Origin: Eledone cirrhosa
Taxonomy: Eukaryota
Reading direction: 5' to 3'
DNA length: 64,000 nt
NCBI GenBank assembly: GCA_964016885.1
Contig: OZ024742.1
Coordinates: 119,040,001-119,104,000 of the forward strand
Each line of letters begins with the position of its first letter. Within the stretch, counting starts at the first letter, position 1. The notes beneath the pieces are model-generated. The model was not told where the DNA came from, made no database searches, and worked only from the letters and a program-made list of their open reading frames with translations. A program made the translations under genes and the position numbers. This document shows positions 53,955 through 64,000 of the stretch, in pieces.

Positions 53955-55045
53955 CCTCAACACGCACACACCCACCAGTACATATACACACTCACTCACA
54001 CTATTCACACACCCTACTACCACCACTAACCCCCACCCTCACATCCACATCCGACCACCCCACCACTAATAATACTAAACATCCCTCCAACCCATGTTCC
54101 CCCTCACCACACGAACGCACACCAGCACATACACTCCCCCACACCCACGTACACACCGATACACCACCCACTCCACACCCACACTACCACCACTAACCCC
54201 CACCCAAACACCGTATTCGATCCCCGCACCACTAATAATACTAACTCCCACCCTATCACACACACACACACACACACACACCAGTACATTACATTCACTC
54301 ATACTATTACCCAGCACCTTCTTGACCACTTCCTGTTGCACGCGCACCCCCACAACTCTCTACTTCCTCCGCACGATTCCACGGATTCTACACCACTGGT
54401 CACAATCTCCAGACATCCACCCTCTTATACTCGGATTTTTCACCATCTGTCGATAGACTCACCGGGAAAACATTCAGGAACATACACACCCACAAACACT
54501 TACACTATTTTCGCACACACGCAACCATACATTCCCACGTATTCACACCACACACACACACGTGCGTATCCTCACATACACATACTCGGCCTCCGGACTC
54601 TACACGCCCCTCTCCCCACGCCCCCTGACCCCTCTCCATCCACACGCACACACACACACCGACTTACACCCCACCCCATATACACACTGGTTTTCCTATT
54701 ACCCGAACATGGAACCTCGTTCTTCCCCATACCCCCACACTCACATCCACACACACACACACACGTACACCTACACATATACACACCCACCACCCTTTCA
54801 CCACTTGTTTCATTTTCATTTTTAGCCTCTTTTTAATTGTTTCTCTTCCCCTTAATCCCCCCCCCCTTTAATGTCTTTCCACCACTCCCCTCACACCCTC
54901 GGAACTCTTTTCCTTCCCACTTTTCACCTGATGAAGGGCTTATGCTCGAAACGTTGTCTCCCACCCCCAACTCTCAGGCGTGAACCTAATACTAACACAT
55001 TGTACTGCACTCTTCGTTATTGTTTTTGTTTTTTGTTTTAACTTA
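53950..55045 (+). mobile_element. C/A-rich 3' region and terminal repeat of a PLE; HHR at 54926-54957
   Basis: CUGAUGA a gggc ttat gctc GAAA cg UU; homologous to 3080-3245; composition like 61245-64000. Confidence 0.6.
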
Positions 55046-55851
55046 TATATATGAAAATAGGGAGAAAAAGACGATTATTAAAAGACTTTGTGTGAAGTGT
55101 TAAGGTATTAGTTAATTTATTTATTGATTAACAATGGCATTTATTTATTTATTTATTTATATATTTAATAATTGTCTATTACCGGTTTCAGCATTTTATG
55201 CATTATCAAAGGGGGGGAATTTGTATTGGTATAAAATGTTGGAGAGAAAATAATGTGATGTTGAACATGTTAAGGAAATGGGAAAGAAATAATAATATTA
55301 TTTACAAACAAGGTTTTTGAAGTAAAAAGAAAAAAGAAAAAAAAGGGGTGATGTGGAATATGATAAGGTAATGGGAAAGGAATAATATTATTTACAGGCA
55401 TAGTTCTTGAGGATAAGCAGTTCAAAATGTGTTATTATGGCAAGAGCGCTTGGTTGGTCCATAATGGAAGCAAATGGTAGTCTGGGGTTTGATATGATTT
55501 CCCTTTTTAGAGAGTTAATATACAGGGGGAGGTAATTCAGGGTGGTCAGGTAGGGGTGATAGAAATGAGAGGGGTAATTCATTTATATAAGAAAAAGGAT
55601 TAGGTAGGGTGTAAGGGAGGTAACTCTTTAGAGAACATGGGAATTGGGCTTTGGTTTATTGTTCGTTCCAGGGGGAGATATATTTTAATTTTAATTATGT
55701 CTCATATAAAATAATACAACTGGCTCTCCGCAAAATACATATAGTTAGCACCCCAAACGTTAAATTGGGATTATACTAAGGTATATCCTAATGTTTGTTG
55801 AGTGAGATGGAAGCCAGTCAGAGTATAGCTTAAGGCTTTCTCTGTTAATGT

Positions 55852-55949
<98 letters not shown>

Positions 55950-56914
55950 AACCATCCAGCGTTAAAGGGCATTTGGGGCTTAATCCCCTCCAATAATGTA
56001 AAAACTTGTTGAATGATCTTAAAGTTTTGTTAGTTAAAAAATTATATATCACTGACCAAATAAGTGACAAGTACAATTCTGGCAAAGAGTATTTTCTACC
56101 TGATTCAGGATGGTAAAGTGTACTTATCTTCTCGAATATTTCATGTATTAAGCAAGAGTCTGTGTGTATTCTTTCCGGAACACATTAACAACAAAATACT
56201 TCATCACAAGCTTTTCAACGCGGCTAGAATATCGTATTCATTTGTGGGAGAAACTGGATATTACGAATTAACAATTAACCCCATCATGGGGCTTTATCCC
56301 GACCGTATCTCTTCAGGTATATATATATATATGATTGATTAATTGTTTAAGTTTGTTTGATAGCTTCTGGTTGAGTGCTTTATTCGGTTTGTCTAAAGGG
56401 ATTAATTCCTTTATATCAAATTAGAATTCACCGCCTAAGCGGGGGTTACCTCCCTTGGAGTAAACCACGTGTCTGTGGCGACATTTAAAGCTACAACATA
56501 CCCGCTCAGGCTAAGAACGAAAGACTTGCTGAAGAAGTAAATCCTATGTTCTGTCGTCAAAACCCATTATATTGCAGACTCCTGCAATAGGAATTTGTCG
56601 ATCTTGGATTTGCAGGAACTTAGCGCTGAGGTTGGATGCTATATATGTAAGTTATATATTTTGCACTCAGCCTCACCGCTATGTCCGGGTCAGTATAACA
56701 TCTTTTCCTGAGTCCTGTATTTTAGTTGCTCTAGTGATGCGGCTGTACTGCCGACCGCTATATCTGATTTGCTAAGCTGTCTGAACGTAATGTTATTACT
56801 CTGGGGTCTTTCCTCATCTGAGTGCTCAAGCTACAGACCGATTATGCATATACGCTAGCTTGGCTGTATTCTAAAAGCTTCGTCAATGCTGTACTAAAAT
56901 TTATATATATATAT

Positions 56915-57341
56915 ATTGCTGTAGTGGAGTCTGTGCTGCTGTATGGGTCTGAGACTTGGACACTGACCAAGAGACTCACTCAGATGGTGGATGGGTGCTA
57001 CACGAGAATGCTGAGGATGGCTCTGAACATTAATCAGTATACACTGAGGATGAAAAACTCAGAGCTGTATGGGAGCATCCCAAAAGTCAGCTCAAAAGTG
57101 ACACAGAGGAGACTGAGGTTGGCTGGACATGCTCACCGACATCCAGAGTTGACATTGCACTCAGTGCTCCTTTGGGAGCCCCTACATGGACACACTAGAA
57201 GAGGAAGACCAAGGTTAACGTATGTTGATGCCCTAAGGACAGACACTGGTCTGTTGGAGATGCAGGATATGGCAGCGATAATGAGGGACAGAGACCGCTG
57301 GAGAGAACTCGTCCATGGATCTCGGGAATTTTACCCGCCTT

Positions 57342-57343
<2 letters not shown>
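56915..57343 (+). pseudogene. RTE-clade LINE 3' fragment between (TA)n tracts
   Basis: [45 protein letters not shown]. Confidence 0.88.
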
Positions 57344-57427
<84 letters not shown>

Positions 57428-57567
57428 CTTTAGATTTGTTGGTTCACCACTGGATAGAACTGGTCATTCCGTATGGTCAATCCTGGTGTAATATTGTGAA
57501 GAGTACTCAACGCAGTGCAGTTCACCCATCTTCGTTTGTGTAGTTGGTGGTGCGAATACGGAGTTAT

Positions 57568-59279
57568 TATAAATGAAATAACAGGAGGTTCGACTGGTGT
57601 AAATTCTTGAAAGGTTTATTATACTATGATCATTTCAATGACCGGGTTCCATATGAATCCGGTGATATCATCAGGTATTGGAATATAACAAAGGAATATG
57701 TAAAAAGCCATGGGTCCGAAAAATCAGAGACAGAGGGGACGGCTGACCAACTAGCCTCTCAGCTAGCCGCCCTCGGGATGATTCCGATTACGACAAAACT
57801 TTACGTAACATGTATTGTATGGACTACATTCTCTACTTTTTGTGACTCGCACTGAACTTTACACTAGGTACAACCTGTTACCATTCCATCTCCTCCATCC
57901 TCTATATCTATTTCTATATGTACAACTTGTATTATCTTACTACAACTTGATCTATATTGATTCTTATTTACCTTTATTAATTTTTTTTCTATCTCATTAA
58001 TGTATTTTTTATTATTTTATTAATGTATTTTCATCAATGTATTCTATCTTTATATTATTTTTCATATTTTTTCGTATTTTTTTGTAACTTTTCCTTACTC
58101 AGGTCATTATGCACCTTTCATATCCCCCTACCCACCTAAGATCCACACTACCTATAACCCGGACTAACTGGGACTTTAAAATAATTTTGGTCTATTTGCA
58201 CTTTTCACTGGGTTGTTACCTTCGACTTGTGTGGTGGCTTTTCCCGGCTGCGCGCTGGGCACTCGGAGAGTTCAGCCTACCTTGAGTGCTCGGAAAAATA
58301 AATTTCTCCTCTTTCGGTAAATGAAATTACTCGGAGCGGATTGCTTTGCCCCGGTCCCACCGCGCCGCCTGTTTTGGCCGCCACATTATACGTGTACCTA
58401 CAAACTCCAGGTTTGGGCATAACTATTAGCTGTATCATGCCTCTACTGACACGTAAAGAAACCCCTAATGTGTGATTTAATAGTATTCGTGGTATAGACG
58501 ATGGCCTGTCGAAATTGTGGAGTTCCCGCTAGCGATCCCGGGGCCAAAGTTAGCTACGTTCCTAGAGTACTCGGAAAAATTAATTTCCATTTCTTTCGCT
58601 GGACGATACCACTCGAGACTGGCTGACTCATGGTGGTGGGTGTGCTGGCTGGGACACCCAATCGAAATCTTTACTCTATATCCCATCCTAATATCTAAAA
58701 ATCCTTTTCATATAAGACTCTCTCCGTAATTTCATTAAATAAATAAATCTCACTACCTCTATTTTTCAATTTACCATTTTAAAATTTAATATTTTTAATT
58801 TAATTTAATTTCATCCTATAACTCGCAACATAAATTTAACGTTCCAATCTTCGGTTCACACATTGGACCATACAGACACCCATTATAGATTCTTTGGGTA
58901 GCATTTTTCGCGGCATTTTCTAGCATGAATGTAGTTTGACCCTTACACTACACTTCTTTCTCCCTTTCTTTCTTTCTCCCCCTTCTTCTTTGACGGAGTG
59001 GTGCTAGTACATTGTAAGCCTTCGCCCCCTCACCAGATATTCATTGGTAGTTTTTCAGTTGCCAACACTTTGAGGGCGGCTGGCTGAGAGGCTAGTTGGT
59101 CAGCCGTCCCCCTCTGTCTCTGATTTTTCGGACCCATGGCTTTTTACATATTCCTTTGTTATATTCCAATACCTGATGATATCACCGGATTCATATGGAA
59201 CCCGGTCATTGAAATGATCATAGTATAATAAACCTTTCAAGGATTTACACCAGTCCAGCCTCCTGATATTTCATTTATA
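57568..59279 (+). mobile_element. 1.7-kb element with ~207-bp inverted HHR-bearing ends and no recognisable ORF
   Basis: 57568-57774 is the reverse complement of 59072-59279; HHRs at 57621-57678 (-) and 59169-59226 (+). Confidence 0.8.
59169..59226 (+). ncRNA. Type-I hammerhead
   Basis: Stem I atac/gtat, CUGAUGA, extended stem II accgg..ccggt, GAAA tgatca UA. Confidence 0.85.
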
Positions 59280-59289
59280 TATATATATA

Positions 59290-59851
59290 TTTCGTTTCTG
59301 AATTTGTTTAGCAACGTGTGTTGAAACCGATATTGTTATACTTTGGGAGGGTCATGTTGCCAATAAGAAACACACGCACCAGTTGTTTTCACTTCAATTT
59401 ATTATAATAAATTTATAAATTTAGGAATTTATAAATTTCCGGTTGGTTGGTTGGTTCCACAACCAGATGGTTGTTTATATATTGTCAAAGTTCTTTCGTT
59501 ACACATTCTGTGACCTCTTCAGTGACTGGGGATTCTTTTCTTTGTTTTTGTGCCTCTCCTTTGTTCTGTCCTACGCCATCTTGTTTCTGTGTGTTAAATA
59601 TGAAACAAGATGGCGTAGGACAGAACAAAGGAGAGGCACAAAAACAAAGAAAAGAATCCCCAGTCACTGAAGAGGTCACAGAATGTGTGACGAAAGAACT
59701 TTGACAATATATAAACAACCATCTGGTTGTGGAACCAACCAACCAACCGGAAATTTATAAATTCCTAAATTTATAAATTTATTATAATAAATTGAAGTGA
59801 AAGCACATGGTGCGTGTATTTCTTATTGGCAACATGACCCTCCCAAAGTAT

Positions 59852-59859
<8 letters not shown>
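59290..59859. mobile_element. ORF-less ~530-bp palindrome of the 34558-37109 PLE terminal repeat; HHRs at 59484-59526 (-) and 59663-59705 (+)
   Basis: Arms about 258 bp, spacer 59588-59601, (TA)n on both sides. Confidence 0.9.
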
Positions 59860-59917
<58 letters not shown>

Positions 59918-59930
59918 ATATATATATATA

Positions 59931-59966
<36 letters not shown>

Positions 59967-60151
59967 TATATATATGTATATATATGTATATATATATATA
60001 TGTATATATATATTTATATTTATATATATGTATATATATATATATGTATATACATATATATATGTATATATATATATGTATAAATGTATATCATCATCAT
60101 CATCATCATCATCTTCGTTTAACGTCCATCTTCCACGCTAGCATGGGTTAG

Positions 60152-60249
<98 letters not shown>

Positions 60250-60250
<1 letters not shown>

Positions 60251-60458
60251 CCAAAGGAATTGTGGTAAGGAACCAGGTGGACCATAACGCACCAGAGTAC
60301 TCAATACTTAAGGTAGTAGAGTGGGAAATAGGAAAAAGTATGACCCCGACGGCAGAGCCCAAGCCGTTTCGACGGCTATTTCGGGACTAGAAATAGCAGT
60401 CCAGAAATAGCCGTCGAAATGGCTTGAGCTCTGCCGTCGGGGTCATACTTTTTCCTAT
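60250..60458. mobile_element. Fold-back PLE end (GACGGC family)
   Basis: Arms 60338-60388 and 60399-60458 meet inside the predicted stem II. Confidence 0.75.
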
Positions 60459-60918
60459 ATATATATATATATCATCATCATCATCATCATCATCATCATT
60501 TTACGTCCGCTTTTCCCTGCTTGCAAGGGTGGGACGGGAACTGATTCTGGCTTGATTTCTACAGCTGGATGCCCTTCCTAACACCAACCTCATTTTACAG
60601 TGTAATGATAGTGACCTCAGTCCCTATCATCTCATTTCTACAGCTGAGTAAACTGGAACAATGTGAAATAAAGTCTCTTGCTCAAGCCATATGCCTCCAT
60701 ATATATATATATATATAAATGTTCTATGTTCTAGCAGTCTGTATTCTCATTTTTTTGTTCATTTGTAACTGCTCTGCTTATATCTCGCCCACTAGATATT
60801 AACGCTTCCGATATTTAACCCTGTAGGCACAAGTATTGAGCACAAATGCACCAGCTTTTGGCAACTAACTATATGAATCACTTATCCCTATAAACCTTCT
60901 ACTCTCTCACGATACTAA

Positions 60919-61218
<300 letters not shown>

Positions 61219-61244
61219 GTGTATATATATATATGTATATAGTC

Positions 61245-64000
61245 CACGATTGCCTGTGTTTTTACGTTTATGATTTTTTGTCTATGATTTTCCTGTGTAT
61301 ACTCTCCCCTCCTTACGTTTTTTCTGTTTCATTTTCCCTTCCCCGTCTCTGCCTATCATTCGCACTCACTCCTTCGTTCAACACCCCCCCGCTTCACACA
61401 CCTGCTTTCTCATTCCTCCCCCTGCTTTCACCCAACGCCCACCATGCCCAGCCTGAGATCCTTTCTCCACCAACTCCACACTAGCCTCAAACTTTTCCTC
61501 ACCCCCCTCCTCCCACCCTGCTATCTCCCCTCGGCCCGTCAACTCTCCTACCTTCTCTTCGCCAAAACCCGGCACTCCAGCCACATCCATTTCCTCAGCC
61601 ACTGCCTCCACCTCCACCTTAGGCCCCTCGACTTCCGTCTACACTCCCCCCCCCGCTTCCCCCTCCACCCAACGTATCCTCACCCGATCCTCACGCCTCC
61701 TAATGCGCAACTCCATCCGCGCCTCCCGTTCCACCCTCCGCCAACTTGACCACCAACTGACCCCCACCCTCCTCCGCCTTAACTCCACCTGCCACCCCCT
61801 CCTCGCCCACGCCATCCTCCTCTTCATCCAAAACCTCAACCACGACCTCTTCTCCTTCCTCACCTCCACCAAAGCCCGCAAGCTACACTCACTCCTCCCA
61901 ACCACCCCCATCCACCACCACCCGCCTATCCCTATGAGCCCCCCACAACCATCCCCACAACTCTCCACCCCTCCCTCTACCCACATCCCTACCCAATCTC
62001 CACCCTCCACCTCACCCCTCACCACACCCTCCCTTCCTCCCTCACACACCCAAACCCCACCACTTGTTGTTACCATACCCCCTGACCCCCCCCCTCCGCA
62101 CCTGAGCGCTCACTCCTTAGTAGAGGCCTTCGCTTCATACCCCACACTCCGCACAGCGACGAGTTCCGCACCCGAACGGAAGTCGAGCGATTCGTGCGAC
62201 GCACGAAGCTACAGGCACATTTCGGCCGAACGCCACCGGCTCCGAACGCCCAAGACCCGTTTCTCGCCCTGGGCCGACGCCCATCTTCTTGGACGCCGGC
62301 CCCAGGGCAATTTAGCACCCTGGACGCGTTCGTCGATGCCAGCCGTAGCGCCGTAAATCGTTTCGACTTCCGCTACCGTTCCAAACGGAATAACATCTCA
62401 CGGGGCGAACTCCTCGCTCTCCGCTCCCTCCGTAGCCGAGATGACATCATCATCAAACCGGCGGACAAGGGAGGCGCCGTGGTGGTGTGGCGCGCGGACC
62501 TCTACACGGCCGAAGCCCTAAGGCAGCTCCGTAACCCCCTCTTCTACCACCCTCTATCCTCCGATCCCACACCCCTCTACCAACAACAAGTTTCCTCCAC
62601 CATCCAACACCTTGTCTCCTCCTCCCTCCTCCCCCACCGCTTCCCACCTCATAGTCCGCACCCCCCGCACCCCCACCATCTACTTCCTCCCCAAACTCCA
62701 CAAACCCGACAACCCTGGCCACCCCATCGTCTCCGCTTGCAACTTCCCCACCGAACTCATCTCCGCCTTTCTTGACTCCATCTTCGCCCCCCTTGTCACC
62801 ACCCTCCCCTCCCACATCTCCGACACCAACCACGCCCTGCGCCTTTTCGACTCCTTCACCTACCCACCCGGCCCACAGCCCTTCCTCTTCACCCTAGACA
62901 TCAAGTCCCTCTATACCGTCATCCCCCACGCCGACGGCCTACGTGCCCTCAAGCACTACCTCGACCTTCGCCCCTCCCCCATTCCCTCACCCTCAACTGT
63001 TTCTCCTTCTCGGGTGAGTTTTACCAACAGGTCACGGGGGTAGCCATGGGTACAAGAATGGGCCCAAACTATGCCAACATTTTTGTTGGCCATATTGAGG
63101 CCCAAATCTTTGCCCAATATACCGGCCCCACGCCCGAACTGTACGGTCGTTACATCGACGACTGTATCGGAGCCACGACCCTCACCCGAGAACAGCTCGA
63201 CTCCTTTCTCTCCTTCTTCTGCTCCTTCCACCCCTCCCTCCACTTCACCACCTCTATCTCCACCATCCACGTCCACTTCTTAGACATCTCCGTCGCCTTC
63301 GACCCCTCCCACCATTCCTTCGTCACCTCCGCCTTCTTCAAGCCCACCGACTCCCACTCCTACCTCGACTTCACCTGTTCCGACCCCACACACACTAAAC
63401 ACTCTATTCCCTACTCCCAACTCCCCAGGATCCGCCGCCTCTGTAGCCGAGATGCTGACTTTGAGTCCCAGGCCCTTTCCCTAGTCAGCCATTTCATCCG
63501 CAGAGGTTACCCCCTCTCGTCCACACCGCTCTCACCCGCGCCCGTGCTGTCCACCACTCCACCACCCTCACCCCACGCCACCGCACACCCACCGTCTCCC
63601 CTTCCGCATCACCTACCACCCCTCCACCATACCCCTCCACCGCACCATCCTCTGCCTCTTCCGACGCCTCCAGTCCGACAGCTCCACCTCCCACATCTTC
63701 CCAGCCCCACCACTCCCCTCCTTCAAACGCGCACGCAATCTCCGCACCCTCCTCGTCCACAGTTCCCTACCCCCAACCCACGCTCTCCTTCCCCCCGGTT
63801 CCTTTCCCTGTTCCAGGCCCCGCTGCAACACCTGTCCCCACATCACCACCACCACCACCACCTTCCAGGGTCCCAACGGCCACTCTCTCTCGGTCCGGCA
63901 TGCCTTCCGCTGCACCTCCTCCAACCTAGTCTACGGACTTCGCTGCACGGAGTGCAGCGCGACTTACGTCGGACAGACTGGACGTCGCCTGGCGGACAGA
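61245..64000 (+). mobile_element. Neptune-like PLE, frameshifted, running off the window end
   Basis: DIIIKPADKGGAVVVW, YFLPKLHKPDNPGHPIVS, TLDIKSLYT, GVAMGTRMGPNYAN, RYIDD, FLD, KPTD, C..PRCNTC, LVY..YVGQTGRRL. Confidence 0.92.

Overview
Eukaryotic, AT-rich, microsatellite-saturated genomic DNA with no confidently identifiable host gene. The SINE families and (TA)n/(CA)n load resemble an octopus/cephalopod genome (inference). Most ORFs in the track are microsatellite artefacts. The window is a transposon graveyard: at least five Penelope-like retroelement (PLE) coding remnants (Naiad-like, Neptune-like and others), a decayed RepHel Helitron plus several non-autonomous Helitrons, a hAT-type transposase pseudogene, RTE, CRE-like, I/Ingi-like and Tx1-like LINE fragments, a probable LTR, many tRNA-derived SINEs and a 2.4-kb tandem duplication. 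The main hidden signal is RNA structure. About 25 type-I hammerhead ribozyme (HHR) motifs from more than a dozen distinct PLE terminal-repeat families can be folded by eye on both strands. They include a U3/A8 compensatory core and cores with U4 replaced by A or C. Many lie in ORF-less fold-back palindromes next to (TA)n tracts, and several fold-back junctions fall inside the ribozyme itself. All folds are manual, and none has been computed or tested.
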